Notes under the pieces: model-generated
Databases searched by the model: none
The model's input: the letters and a program-made list of their open reading frames with translations, nothing else
Told to the model about the DNA's origin: nothing
From: Pirellulales bacterium
GTDB taxonomy: Bacteria > Planctomycetota > Planctomycetia > Pirellulales > JAICIG01
NCBI GenBank assembly: GCA_040901675.1
Contig: JBBDYJ010000028.1
Location: forward strand, 35,336-99,335
Direction: 5' to 3'
DNA length: 64,000 bases
Program-made: the position numbers and the translations under genes
Shown: positions 27,881-38,166 of the stretch, piece after piece
How positions within the stretch are numbered: the stretch's first letter is position 1
Layout: every line of letters begins with the position of its first letter

Positions 27881-28291
27881 ATGGCCGCCAAGCGTCCAGA
27901 GTTGCGCAGTTTGTCGCAGTCGCAGCGGGAGATCATGGAAATCGTTTGGGACCGAGGCGAGGTGTCGGCTAACGACGTCCGCGAAATCCTCTCCGCAAAA
28001 CGCGATTTAGCAAAGAACACCGTCCGCACCCTGCTCGATCGGATGGAAGTCAAGGGCTGGTTAAAGCACCGTGAGAATGGGCGAACGTACCTCTACACAG
28101 CCGCCGAGCCGCGCGAAGCGTCCATCGGACAAAAGGTACTTGAAGTCGTCGAGCACGTTTGCGGCGGATCGCCGGAAACGCTGGTCACCGCCCTGCTCGA
28201 CTACCGTGGGCTGCGCCCAGACGAGCTGAGGAGGATTCGACAGCTCCTCGATCAGGCCCAGGCCGGCAAAGGTCGGAAAGGGGGTGCGTGA
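27881..28291 (+). CDS. BlaI/MecI/CopY family transcriptional repressor
   Basis: EIMEIVWDRGEVS, KNTVRTLLDRMEVKGW, GRTYLY; AGGAG RBS. Confidence 0.92.
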   Translation: MAAKRPELRSLSQSQREIMEIVWDRGEVSANDVREILSAKRDLAKNTVRTLLDRMEVKGWLKHRENGRTYLYTAAEPREASIGQKVLEVVEHVCGGSPETLVTALLDYRGLRPDELRRIRQLLDQAQAGKGRKGGA

Positions 28292-31200
28292 TGTCCACGT
28301 TGGTCCGCTTCTACCCGGGGGACCGGGGCCTCGATTTCTTGTTGGTAGTGACTCTGGGGGTGGCGCTCGCGTCGAGCGCGGCCTGGTTCATCTCACGGCG
28401 ACTGGCCGGCAAGGCGGCGCTGCGGCATCTCGTCCTGTTTTCTGCGCTGATCGGTTGCCTGGCGTCCCCCGCAGTGGCCTGGGTCTGCGTCACGGCGAGC
28501 CTGACGCTGGTTTCCATTCCCCTTCTGCCCGCGGAACCGGGCAAGAAGGCCTCCGGAGTCGCTCAAATTAGCACCGGTCCGGCTTGGACGCCGCCACGAC
28601 GTTCGACCGATCCGCCTCCCGTCGCCGCGGAGCTGCCTTCGCCGCAGACGAATACGACGACTGAGCAGAGCGCAAATGCCGCGGCCGCCCGCGCAGCGGA
28701 TCAAAGCCCTGCGAGGCCAACGCCGGCCGAGTCAGAGGTTCAGCCCAGCGGTAGCGCGGCGACAACGCTTCTGTCGTTCCGCGGAATCGCCACCGGGGCG
28801 ATGTTTGTCTGGGCAGCCGGCACTTTGCTGATGTTGGCGCGTCTGGCGCGGAACTGTGGGCGCGTCGTGCAGCTTCGCCGCTCGTCGCGTCCGGTACAGG
28901 ACGAGCGCCATAACGCTCTATTGCAGGAGGTCGCGGGCCGGCTAGGGACGCGCCAGGTTCCACCGCTGCTCGTATCGAACGGCACGGTCGCGCCGCTGGC
29001 GGTCGGTTTCGGGCGACCCGCGATCATCGTGCCCGAACGACTGCTCGCGGCGGTCAGCAACGACGAGCTGCGGGACATCCTGATGCACGAGGTGGCGCAC
29101 CTGGGGCGGGGCGACCAGCGGATCGTGCTGCTGCAAGAGCTGGCCGGGGCGCTGTACTGGCCGATCGTGTCGGTCCACGGTCTCAATCGCGAGTTGCGGC
29201 GGGCGCGCGAAGAGCTTTGCGACAACGTGGTGCTCGCCAGTCGCGACGCGATTCGCTACGGCGAGACCCTGTTGCACGTCGCCCAGTTGTTGGTTCAGGC
29301 CCGCCCGATGGACGCCGCGGTCGGCATCTTCGGCGGACAGGGTGAGTTGGAACGGCGCATTTCGGGACTGATCGATCCGAGGAGAAATACCATGACAACA
29401 ACCAGCCGAAAGGCAGCGTGCGTTGTGATCTTCCTGTTCATCGCCGGCGGCCTGCTCGCGTCGGAAACGCGGTTCGCTTCGGCCCAGGCCGACCCCGCGG
29501 CCCAGGCCGGCCCCGCGGCACAAGCGGCGCCTCCAGACCAGAAGACCCCAGCCGCTGTAGACACCGACGACTTGAAGCGCGCCGGACATTTCAGCGGGCG
29601 AGTGACCGGTCCCGACCGCAAGCCTGTCCAAGGCGCCCGGGTGTTCCTCGTTCCCTACAGCATCTACTCAAGCCCAGAGTTTCCGGAGAGTAGCACGGTC
29701 CTGCTGAACCGGATCAAGACGGTCGGTCCGGTCCGCGCCCGAACGGACGCCGACGGCCGCTTTGCGCTCGACGCGCCCGACATGACCTACACGACTATCG
29801 ATGGCCTTCTTGCCCGGCGACAGGGGCTCTTGATCGCAACGGCCGAGGGCCTCGCGCCAGACTGGATTGGATCGCATCGGGATCCGCTCAAGGGGGCCGA
29901 GCTGAACCTGCATCTCGCCACCGCCGATGTGCCGATCCACGGGCGCTTCCTCGGCCCCGACGGCCGACCTGTCGCGGACGCCCGCGTTCGCCTGACCCGG
30001 CTCATGATCCCGCGGAGGCGAGACCTCGACACTTATCTCGCCTACGTGACGAATGAGAACAGCGCCGTCATGAATGGGCCAAGTTACGAACGCTCGCTCT
30101 CCCGGCCGGACCTGGTTCCGGGGCTGATTACCGACACGCGGACCGACGCCGACGGGCGATTCACGTTGTCGGGACTCGGCCGCGACCGCCTCGCCGAACT
30201 GGCGGTGTCGGCGCCCAGCGTCGTCGATACCAGCCTCACGGTCATGACCCGCAATGTGCCCGACGTCGGGACTCACCGTTTCAATGGAGAACCCAGGGAG
30301 GTCACCTACGGCGCCGGCTTCACGCTCCAACTGAAACCAGGCCGGACGATCAAGGGCCGCGTGATCGACCGCGGCTCGGGTGAGCCGATCGCGGGCATGT
30401 GGGTGGGACCGGTCCAGGATTACCGCGCCGGCGTCTCTTCCCGCTTGTATCCCTGGGTCACGGACAAGGAAGGCCGCTTCACGATCACGGGGCTGCCTCC
30501 CAAACTGGAGCAGGAGGTTGTCATGGCGGTTGCCCCGCCCGGGGTGCCTTACCAGATGGCAGGCGAGTCGATCGTCGGCAAAAAGGAAGTGGAGATCAGG
30601 TGCCCGCGCGGCATCCCATCTCGATTGAAGGTTGTTGACGAGCAGGGAAGACCCGTCGAGGCGGAGGTCACCTACATTGATGTGCACCCAAATCCGCACG
30701 TCGAGATGCTGATCCCTCGGCCCGCAAGTCAATATCGCTGGCCCAACGCCCCGGCCGCGCGAAGAGCCCACGGGACCTACGAGGGGTTTGTTCTGCCGGG
30801 ACCGGGCGCCGTGCTGGTGAACACGCCGCGAAGCGCCGGCTACCGCCGGGCCCACGTCGATCCCAAGGCCTTCTTCGCTCCTGGCCGGACGAATTGGACG
30901 AAGGACCAGGAGTGGGCCTACGGTACGGACGACACGCTGACAATATTGAACGAGAACGGGCGGATCGATCAGACCGACTACGAGGCGATCGTCCTGGTCA
31001 ACCCCGCACCGAGTTCGGGGCCGGTCGAGCTGTCGGCCACCGTCGTCAAGGACCGGCCGCGGCAGGTAAACTTTATCGACCCGAATGGAAATCCCGTCCA
31101 CAACGTCGAGTGGACTCCTTATGGATCACGCTACCACGCCCACTTGCTTCCCCTGAGGGGACTCCATCCGGACCGCGCGAGGCCCCTCACGTACTGGCAG

Positions 31201-31644
31201 GAAGAGCGCCGCCTCATCGGCTTCCTGCTGGCGCGCGGCGACGGCGATTCACCCTACACCGTCCGCATGCAGCCCTGGGGCGCGGTCACCGGACGGATCG
31301 TCGATTGGGAAGGCGAAGGCGTTCCCGGCTCAAGTATCTCGGTCCGAGGCAACCACCCCGCCGATGCGGACCGGCGCGTTGGCGCCAAAACCGACGAGAA
31401 GGGACGATTCCAAATTGACAAGCTGATCCCCGGCCACCGCTACAGCGCCAAAGTCCATCGCGACAACCGCAACTTCGATGGCCGTCTCATCCCGTTGTTT
31501 GCCGGAGTGGCATTCGAAGACCTTGAGCTGGGGCCCGGAGAGGTCCGCGACCTCGGCGAGATCCGCACCAGGCCGCCGGTCTATGAGGAGTTTCCGCTCA
31601 TCTACGAGGAATATGAAGAACCAGGGACAAAACCGGAAGATTGA
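28291..31644 (+). CDS. BlaR1-like M56 metallopeptidase with carboxypeptidase-regulatory-like repeats
   Basis: TGATG coupling; ILMHEVAHLGRGD, REELCD, LERRI; repeated GRVxxPDGxPV...TDADGRF modules. Confidence 0.9.
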   Translation: MSTLVRFYPGDRGLDFLLVVTLGVALASSAAWFISRRLAGKAALRHLVLFSALIGCLASPAVAWVCVTASLTLVSIPLLPAEPGKKASGVAQISTGPAWTPPRRSTDPPPVAAELPSPQTNTTTEQSANAAAARAADQSPARPTPAESEVQPSGSAATTLLSFRGIATGAMFVWAAGTLLMLARLARNCGRVVQLRRSSRPVQDERHNALLQEVAGRLGTRQVPPLLVSNGTVAPLAVGFGRPAIIVPERLLAAVSNDELRDILMHEVAHLGRGDQRIVLLQELAGALYWPIVSVHGLNRELRRAREELCDNVVLASRDAIRYGETLLHVAQLLVQARPMDAAVGIFGGQGELERRISGLIDPRRNTMTTTSRKAACVVIFLFIAGGLLASETRFASAQADPAAQAGPAAQAAPPDQKTPAAVDTDDLKRAGHFSGRVTGPDRKPVQGARVFLVPYSIYSSPEFPESSTVLLNRIKTVGPVRARTDADGRFALDAPDMTYTTIDGLLARRQGLLIATAEGLAPDWIGSHRDPLKGAELNLHLATADVPIHGRFLGPDGRPVADARVRLTRLMIPRRRDLDTYLAYVTNENSAVMNGPSYERSLSRPDLVPGLITDTRTDADGRFTLSGLGRDRLAELAVSAPSVVDTSLTVMTRNVPDVGTHRFNGEPREVTYGAGFTLQLKPGRTIKGRVIDRGSGEPIAGMWVGPVQDYRAGVSSRLYPWVTDKEGRFTITGLPPKLEQEVVMAVAPPGVPYQMAGESIVGKKEVEIRCPRGIPSRLKVVDEQGRPVEAEVTYIDVHPNPHVEMLIPRPASQYRWPNAPAARRAHGTYEGFVLPGPGAVLVNTPRSAGYRRAHVDPKAFFAPGRTNWTKDQEWAYGTDDTLTILNENGRIDQTDYEAIVLVNPAPSSGPVELSATVVKDRPRQVNFIDPNGNPVHNVEWTPYGSRYHAHLLPLRGLHPDRARPLTYWQEERRLIGFLLARGDGDSPYTVRMQPWGAVTGRIVDWEGEGVPGSSISVRGNHPADADRRVGAKTDEKGRFQIDKLIPGHRYSAKVHRDNRNFDGRLIPLFAGVAFEDLELGPGEVRDLGEIRTRPPVYEEFPLIYEEYEEPGTKPED

Positions 31645-31791
31645 CCGCGCGATGTCCTTGGACCCGGCAATGTCCTCGACCCAACCGCCAATTCGCGCGA
31701 CGCAATCGCCCGGAAGCCGTTCTCGGAGAAGAAAGTTTGACAACAGGAAACGTCCGGGTATTCTCTGTGTATTCTGGCGAGGAGTTTCATC

Positions 31792-32211
31792 GTGACTGTG
31801 ATACAGCAAGTGGCAATCTGCTTCACGGCGGGGGTTGTAGGCGCTCTCGCCGTGGTCCTCTTCAGCCACGCCCTGTTCGCCTTGGGGCTCAGCGAGAAAC
31901 TCGGCGTAAAGCAGCCGATCTCATTCCAATCGCCCGATATCTACCGGCCGCTCTTCTGGGGCGGGCTGTGGGGTGTCCCGTTCGGGCTGTTGATCGAGGC
32001 CGCCTGGATGCACCTGTACCTGTTCGGCCTTCTCTACTTCCTCGCCCCGGTGTTGGCGCTCTTCCTGATTTTCCTGCCCAGGAGCGGGGCGGGGTTTTTC
32101 GGGCTCCGGCAGGGGGGGCCGATGTTTACGATCTACTTGCTGCTGGTCAATCTGCCGTTCGGGATCATCACCGCCCTGGTCGCAAGAGCGATCATCGGGG
32201 AGAAGCCATAA
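31792..32211 (+). CDS. Hypothetical membrane protein
   Basis: About 4 hydrophobic segments, YRPLFWGGLWG; GAGGAG RBS. Confidence 0.75.
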   Translation: MTVIQQVAICFTAGVVGALAVVLFSHALFALGLSEKLGVKQPISFQSPDIYRPLFWGGLWGVPFGLLIEAAWMHLYLFGLLYFLAPVLALFLIFLPRSGAGFFGLRQGGPMFTIYLLLVNLPFGIITALVARAIIGEKP

Positions 32212-32368
32212 GCATCCGCGCGTGCGTCCAGCAGACCCGGGCGGCATCCCGGCGTTTCGTGGTATACTGGCCTCTCAACGGTCCCGGCCGCCGAGCGGGG
32301 TCGTTCGGCGGCGGAGGGAACAGCTCGTCGAGGCAGCCGCGGCTGACGGAAGGCAAACAGGAGCAACC

Positions 32369-32500
32369 ATGGCGACCATGCGCATTGTGCAGGTCTCTCG
32401 CCCGAAGGGGCCCTTTGAGATCGTTGAACGGCCGATCCTGGAGCCGGGCGCAGGCTCCGTGCGGGTCAAGGTGGAAGCTTGCGGCATCTGCCACAGCGAT
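32369..32500 (+). pseudogene. N-terminal fragment of zinc-dependent alcohol dehydrogenase
   Basis: MATMRIVQVSRPKGPFEIVER...VKVEACGICHSD then unrelated sequence. Confidence 0.8.
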
Positions 32501-32777
32501 GATAGCGGCCTTCCGAGCAGCGCTGCGAGTCCTACGGAGTTCACGCTCGGGCACAATGCCGCCGCACCGGTGACGCGACCTACCGATACGAGAGTGCCGG
32601 CGGGGCCTTCGTTGCGGAGCTTCGAGAATACTGCAGGGTTCGTCATCGACTATCCCGACTTCTGGCAGATTGAGCGGGCGGGCCGAGACTGACGCGGGCG
32701 GCGCTATGGCGTCTCGAACGGAGTCGATGAGCCGCGCTAACTAGGGGCTTGACGAGCGGGGCAGTCAGACCATAATT

Positions 32778-33104
32778 ATGGTCATGGCGAAAAAGCCCCC
32801 GTTCGCTCTCGTGTACGCTGACGAGGTGAAGGAGCACTTGCGGGCCATCGAAACCAAGTACCATTCTCTGATCCAATCGGAAATCGAGGGGCAACTGCTC
32901 TTCGAGCCCGAGCTGGAAACCCGCAATCGGAAGCCTTTGAAACGGCCGATATCCTTTGGGGCAGATTGGGAACTTCGCCTCGGACCAGACAACCGCTTCC
33001 GCGTTTTCTACCAGGTCAACGCGGAGACGCATGAAGTGCGGGTTCTGGCAGTCGGCGTCAAAGACCGGAAACAACTGTTCATCGGGGGAGAGGAGTTTGA
33101 CTGA
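32778..33104 (+). CDS. RelE/ParE family toxin
   Basis: WELRLGPDNRFRVFYQV...VRVLAVGVK; upstream TTGACG-16-CATAAT. Confidence 0.85.
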   Translation: MVMAKKPPFALVYADEVKEHLRAIETKYHSLIQSEIEGQLLFEPELETRNRKPLKRPISFGADWELRLGPDNRFRVFYQVNAETHEVRVLAVGVKDRKQLFIGGEEFD

Positions 33105-33415
33105 TGAAGATTGCCTCAGTTGCAGATGTCAAGGCGCACTTAAGCGCTTACCTGAAAGAGAGCCAAGAAGGGCCGGTGGTCGTCACCCGGAACGGCAAGG
33201 CGGTCGCCGTGTTGGTGGCGGTGACCGACGAGGACGAATTGGAACGGCTGGTGCTGGCCCACTCCCCCAAGTTCCAGGCGCTTCTCGACAAGTCCCGCCG
33301 CCAGATTGAGGAAACGGAAGGCATTCCCCACGATGTTTTCTGGCGCAAGGTGAAAGCGGAAAGCCGCAAGAAGGCCGAGAAAGCCAAACGCATACCGCGC
33401 CGATCGAAACGCTGA
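33104..33415 (+). CDS. Phd/YefM family antitoxin
   Basis: VADVKAHLSAYL, PVVVTRNGKAVAVL; TGATG coupling. Confidence 0.9.
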   Translation: MKIASVADVKAHLSAYLKESQEGPVVVTRNGKAVAVLVAVTDEDELERLVLAHSPKFQALLDKSRRQIEETEGIPHDVFWRKVKAESRKKAEKAKRIPRRSKR

Positions 33416-33490
33416 AGCTGACCGGGGCCGCCATCCTGGTTCCGCGCGCCGTCGAGTCTTGCAGACCGCCCCGGCAGCTTAGCCGTAGGC
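33399..33490 (+). mobile_element. Degenerate attC site
   Basis: GCCGATC-GAAAC-GCTGAAGC-TGACCGGGGCCGC...CCCCGGCA-GCTTAGC-CGTAGGC; internal sequence resembles attC at 25394-25490. Confidence 0.6.
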
Positions 33491-33506
33491 GGACGACGAA
33501 CTGCTC

Positions 33507-33671
33507 ATGACGGCAGTTCTCTTCCTCGAGTCGCACGGAAACCGGACGAAGTACACTGCAATCGCCATGCACACGGACGAAGGGGAGCGCAAGAAGCACG
33601 AGGAGATGGGGTTCCACGAAGGCTGGGGGAAGGCTCTCGACCAGTTGGTTGCCGTCGCCAAGAAAATCTAG
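33507..33671 (+). pseudogene. C-terminal fragment of SRPBCC/AHA1-like protein
   Basis: [41 protein letters not shown]. Confidence 0.7.
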
Positions 33672-33730
33672 TTGAGCCTGGTTCTGTGGCTCACATGATA
33701 CAAGACAAGGCTTTTCTCACAAAATCAAGG

Positions 33731-34867
33731 CTAGCCGGCCGCGGACACAAACCGCACGCAGTAGATCGGGGGCAGGTGTTCAGAGACGTTCAGCCACGAG
33801 TCGCCTTGGTCTTCCGTGACCCAGAGCGAACCGGTCGTGGTGCCGAAGGCGAGGCGGTCGCCCGACTCGTCGACGTCAAGGCCGTGACGGTAGGTGAGAT
33901 CGTAGGCGTGTTCTTGCGGCAGGCCGTTGCGAAGGATTTCGTAGTTCCGGCCGCCGTCGCGCGTGCGGGCCACGACGACCTTGCCATCGGCCGGGAGGCG
34001 ATGTTCGTCCTTGACGCCCGGCACGAACCACGCGGTGGCCGGCTCGCGCGGGTGCACCGCCACGGCGAAACCGAACGAAGTGGGCGACAAGCTCGTCAAA
34101 TTCGACACGTCCTGCCACGAAGCGCAGCCGTCCGTCGTGCGGAAGATGCCATTGTGATGCTGGGCCCACAGGCAGTCGGGATCGGACGCGCACTGCACCA
34201 CGCGGTGCACGTCTTGAACGTTGGGATTGTCCTTTTGTTCGGGCGGCATATAGGCCGCCCAAATGCCCCGGGCGCGGCAGTCCCAGGTCGCGCCGCCGTC
34301 GGCGGTGACCCACACGCCCCCGCACGATACCCCAATCGAGACGTGGCGGGAGTCGCGGGGGTCGACGCAAATCGAGTGGATGCCGGGCAAATCGGCGCCG
34401 CCGCCGAACCACTCTTTTCGCTTCGGATTGAACCACAGCGGCTCAACCATTTGCCAAGTCGCCCCGTGATCGGTCGATCGAAACAGCCCGCCCGGCAGCG
34501 TCCCGCACCAGAGCAGGCCCGGCTCGTTCAGCCCGCCGGCCTCCAGCGACCAGATGCGGTCCAGCTTCCATTCGAGCGGCTTGCCCCACGTGTCCTTTTG
34601 GTCGTCGTCCGCGGGCTTCTCCGGATACGCGGGCACGCCCAGTTCCTGCCACGTCTCCCCCCCATCGCTCGAACGGCGGATCTTCGCCCCGAAGTGCCCA
34701 AGGTGCAGCGCCGCGTAAAGCGATCCGTCGCGCGAATCGGGCAACGTCATGATCACGTGCTCGGCGAGGAATGCCGTCCGCGCGATCGACCACGGATTTC
34801 TGCCGCGCCCGCTTCGCTCGATGGTGAAAAGTCCCTTCCGAGTCGCCACAACAATGCGGTTACTCAT
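33731..34867 (-). CDS. BNR/WD40-like beta-propeller (sialidase-like) protein
   Basis: Repeated Asp-boxes SSDGGETW, STDHGATW, TADGGATW, TRDGGRNY. Confidence 0.88.
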   Translation of the reverse strand: MSNRIVVATRKGLFTIERSGRGRNPWSIARTAFLAEHVIMTLPDSRDGSLYAALHLGHFGAKIRRSSDGGETWQELGVPAYPEKPADDDQKDTWGKPLEWKLDRIWSLEAGGLNEPGLLWCGTLPGGLFRSTDHGATWQMVEPLWFNPKRKEWFGGGADLPGIHSICVDPRDSRHVSIGVSCGGVWVTADGGATWDCRARGIWAAYMPPEQKDNPNVQDVHRVVQCASDPDCLWAQHHNGIFRTTDGCASWQDVSNLTSLSPTSFGFAVAVHPREPATAWFVPGVKDEHRLPADGKVVVARTRDGGRNYEILRNGLPQEHAYDLTYRHGLDVDESGDRLAFGTTTGSLWVTEDQGDSWLNVSEHLPPIYCVRFVSAAG

Positions 34868-34956
34868 GTGCTGACTCCAATTGGTTTCGCAATGTGTGTT
34901 TGAGACTGGAAAACTGGCCGGTTAAGTCGCGTGGATGCACCCCATCGGCTGCGGCA

Positions 34957-35226
34957 TTATCCCCCGGAAAGGGCCTGCATCACGTACACTTCGGCCTCCG
35001 CGGGCACCGGGTCGCTGAGCTTTTCGCGGTCGCGAATCATCTCGCCGTTTACAAACACGAGCATGTGTTTGCGGACGGCGCCGTGTTCGTCCAGCACATA
35101 GCCGCGGGCGCGGCCGTTGGCCGCGAAGGCCGCCTGAAGCACCTCGCGCACCGTGCCGCCCGTCACTTCGCACGGCGGACAAGCCACGTGCCGCTGAAGG
35201 TTGTCCGTAAACACGACTCGCGGCAC
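34957..35226 (-). CDS. MoaD/ThiS family ubiquitin-like protein
   Basis: GGTVREVL, VFVNGE, C-terminal ALSGG; GTG start inferred. Confidence 0.88.
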   Translation of the reverse strand: MPRVVFTDNLQRHVACPPCEVTGGTVREVLQAAFAANGRARGYVLDEHGAVRKHMLVFVNGEMIRDREKLSDPVPAEAEVYVMQALSGG

Positions 35227-35324
35227 AGCAGCACCTCGCAACGATTGATTTTCCGATCGTCCTTCGACCCGCCTGTTACGATGTGACTCTCCAGCCGACA
35301 GCCGGACCGCAGGGCGGCAGGCAC

Positions 35325-36830
35325 TCAGCCGCGGCCGCCTTTCCAGATCGGCGAGCGAAGCCACTGGGCGCCCGCATCGACGCCCACGTAATCGAGCGCC
35401 AGGTCAGAATCCAGCTCGATCGCCCGGCGCAGATACTCAACGGCTTGCTTCAGGTGTTCTCCGCTCCCGCAGTTAATGAGGTAACGTGCCTTCAGGTACG
35501 CGTCGTAGGCCTCGGCCTTCACGGGCCGCGCCGACTCGAAATGCGCTTGCTCCTCCGGCATGAGCGCCACGTTGATCTGCTGGGCGACTGTCCGCGCCAC
35601 GTCGCTTTGCAGAACCAGGATGTCCCGCACTTCCCCTTGATACGATTCAGCCCAGAGGTGCTCGTCGGTGTCGGCGCGGATCAGTTGGACCGTGATCCGC
35701 ACCCGGGAGCCGGCGAGCAGGACCGCGCCCTCCACGATCGCGTCCGCCGCCAACTCGCGGGCGATCGGACGCAGCGGCTTGCATGCGTCCTTGAACTGCA
35801 TCACCGTCGTTCGCGACACGACGCGCAAGGTGCGAATCTTGGCCAGGTCGGCGATCAGGGCTTCCGTCATGCCGTCAACAATGTACTCCGTTTCTGCCTT
35901 GTTCGCCGAGAGGTTTTGTAAGGGCAGGACCGCAAGGCACGGCCGCTCGGGGAACCGCGGGAGGGCCGCGGGCAACCATCCCAACGCGGCCGCGGCCAAT
36001 GTCCGCAGGGCAAGGGCCAGCTCGCCCGCCGTTTGAAAACGCCGCGCGGGCTGCTTGGCCAGACACTCGGCGACCAGCCGCTGCAGCTCGATTGGAAATC
36101 GCGCGCCCGACTCGTCGATCTCCGCTGGTTCATCACGGAGGACCGCGGCCATGATCTCGGCGGCATTATCGCCGGGAAAGGCGCAGCGGCCGGTCGCCAT
36201 CTCGTAGAGCACCGAGCCCAATGAGAATACATCGCCGCGCCCGTCCGGAATCTCGCCGCGGACTTGCTCGGGGGACATGTAGCGGGCCGTGCCCATGACC
36301 CGGCCGGTCTCCGTTAAGTATGCCGCCGTCGCTGCCTCCGGCGGCGCGGCGCCGGCGAACCGGGCCAGGCCGAAATCGAGAATCTTGACCTGCCCGCTCG
36401 ACGATAGAAAGATGTTTGCCGGCTTCAGATCACGGTGAACGATTCCCCGCGCGTGGGCGGCGGCCAATCCCTCCGCTGCCGCGATCGCGATCCGGAGTGC
36501 CTCGCCCAGCGCCAGCGCGCCGCGCTTCAATCGATCGAGCAGGGTCTCGCCCTCCAGCAATTCCATGACGGCGAAAGAGATGCCCGCGTCCGTCCCGACG
36601 TCAAAGATGGCCACCAGGTTGGGATGCGAGAGCGCGGCCAGTGCCTTGGCCTCGCGCTCGAACCGCGCCAACCCCTCGGCCGTGCTTGCCAGGTTTTCCG
36701 GCAGCACCTTGACGGCCACCTCGCGTTCGAGCCGCGGATCCCTGGCCCGGTATACTTCCCCCATCCCTCCCGCCCCCAAAGGCGCAAGGATCTGGTAGTG
36801 CGCGAGCGTCTCTCCAGCTTGAAGTCGCAT
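35325..36830 (-). CDS. Ser/Thr protein kinase with TolB-like domain, probably C-terminally truncated
   Basis: GAGGMGEVY, HRDLKPANI, DFGLA, YMSPEQ; LAVLPLQNLS domain; ends inside first TPR-like repeat. Confidence 0.88.
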   Translation of the reverse strand: MRLQAGETLAHYQILAPLGAGGMGEVYRARDPRLEREVAVKVLPENLASTAEGLARFEREAKALAALSHPNLVAIFDVGTDAGISFAVMELLEGETLLDRLKRGALALGEALRIAIAAAEGLAAAHARGIVHRDLKPANIFLSSSGQVKILDFGLARFAGAAPPEAATAAYLTETGRVMGTARYMSPEQVRGEIPDGRGDVFSLGSVLYEMATGRCAFPGDNAAEIMAAVLRDEPAEIDESGARFPIELQRLVAECLAKQPARRFQTAGELALALRTLAAAALGWLPAALPRFPERPCLAVLPLQNLSANKAETEYIVDGMTEALIADLAKIRTLRVVSRTTVMQFKDACKPLRPIARELAADAIVEGAVLLAGSRVRITVQLIRADTDEHLWAESYQGEVRDILVLQSDVARTVAQQINVALMPEEQAHFESARPVKAEAYDAYLKARYLINCGSGEHLKQAVEYLRRAIELDSDLALDYVGVDAGAQWLRSPIWKGGRG

Positions 36831-37379
36831 CTCCTGCACCCCACCGCCCGGTCCCTCGATCCCTCGGCCGCTTTGCTATTCTATGCGGCGCCGACCCCAC
36901 CGCAAACCAGATCGGCTCGACCAGCCTCTTCCGCTTGGTCATCGCTGTTCGCCTGGCGCGCCCGTTGTCAATAAAGGCAGGCGAGACCCCCCAGGGTCTC
37001 GCCTGTCCGCGTCCCGCGCTGGATTCCTACTTGCGGAGGGAGACGATCTCCATGACCTTCACTTCGTGCCCGTCCACGATCTTGAACACGTTCGTGACGA
37101 TCTTGTCGTTGCTTGCCTTGCCCCGCTCACACCAAATAGTCGTTCGGCGGAGTCCCGAATCGACATCGACACCAGAGTTTTTCGGCCCACCCGTTGAGCG
37201 CCTTCTCTCGCCATGGCTGGTGATCTCGATTGGCACGCAAGGAATCTCCCGCCTCACGCTTGGCCAACCGGCCTCGTCGATTCGGATCGCGCCTTCTAGG
37301 TGGCCAGCTCGGCCCGGCGATCCTGAAGCTCCTGGCGGCTCACCTGGACCGACTGGCGGCGCCGCAATGCCGATCCGAG

Positions 37380-37515
37380 CCCGGCCACCTGCCGAAAATG
37401 CAGGAGGCTCTCCGTCATGACCTTGGGATCCTGCTTGGCCTTGGCCAAGATGATCGCTCCCTGCACAACCGCGATCAGATGCTCGGCCAGGCTTTGGCTG
37501 TTCCAGCGGGCGCGC
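37380..37515 (-). pseudogene. C-terminal fragment of TetR family regulator
   Basis: WNSQSLAEHLIAVVQGAIILAKAKQDPKVMTESLLHF. Confidence 0.55.
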
Positions 37516-37539
37516 GGTGCGTACTTTTGGCCTCTTTGT

Positions 37540-38004
37540 CTATTCCAAGACCACCACCGGGCGCCCCGTCCGCGCCGACTTGGGCAGCGGCAAGAATCGC
37601 CCGATGGCAAACCTGCCGGGACCGGCGACCAAGATCGGAACCAACAGCCCGATCAGCGCCAGGTTGTACTCAAATCCATCGTTTCCATCGGGACTAAGAA
37701 AGAACCCGTGCTTGCCGTGGACCATGGCGATGGCCCCCAGCATGATGACGATCAGCGAGGCCGCCGAGAAGCGCGTCAGAAAACCGAAGATCAGCCCCAA
37801 GCCACCGAAGAACTCTCCGATCGTGACGGCATAGCCCAGCGGCCCCATCATCTCCACGATGCCGGCCAGGCCCGGCCCGCCAAACGCGCCAAACAGCTTC
37901 TGCGCGCCGTGGGCCATAAAGATGACCCCGACGACGACTCGCACCACAAGCAGCGAGACGTCCACGGCCGGGCGGTCCTGCGCTTGACTTGTTCCCGCGT
38001 TCAT
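37540..38004 (-). CDS. DoxX family membrane protein
   Basis: RVVVGVIFMAHGAQKLFG, EFFGGL, GFEYNL, GPGRFAI; AAGGAG RBS. Confidence 0.9.
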   Translation of the reverse strand: MNAGTSQAQDRPAVDVSLLVVRVVVGVIFMAHGAQKLFGAFGGPGLAGIVEMMGPLGYAVTIGEFFGGLGLIFGFLTRFSAASLIVIMLGAIAMVHGKHGFFLSPDGNDGFEYNLALIGLLVPILVAGPGRFAIGRFLPLPKSARTGRPVVVLE

Positions 38005-38131
38005 GGATGCTCCTTTTTTCGGCCGTATTCTTCTCCTTCCAGGCGGCAACGTCAACTCCCAGCCCGCCTTGCTTTTTGACCGGCTCGCCAACGCCCTGGA
38101 GCGGCCGCCGGAAAAAACGGACGGCGGCCTA

Positions 38132-38160
38132 TTGACAATAAAAGTTGTCAAGGCTAGCCT
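38132..38160 (+). promoter_or_regulatory. Promoter with palindromic operator; likely leaderless transcript
   Basis: TTGACA-17-TAGCCT, ATG 6 nt later; TTGACAA-N6-TTGTCAA. Confidence 0.7.
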
Positions 38161-38166
38161 CACTCC

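Noticed and set aside
37027..37257. 76-aa ORF
   Set aside because: May be a gene remnant but I cannot assign a start or family
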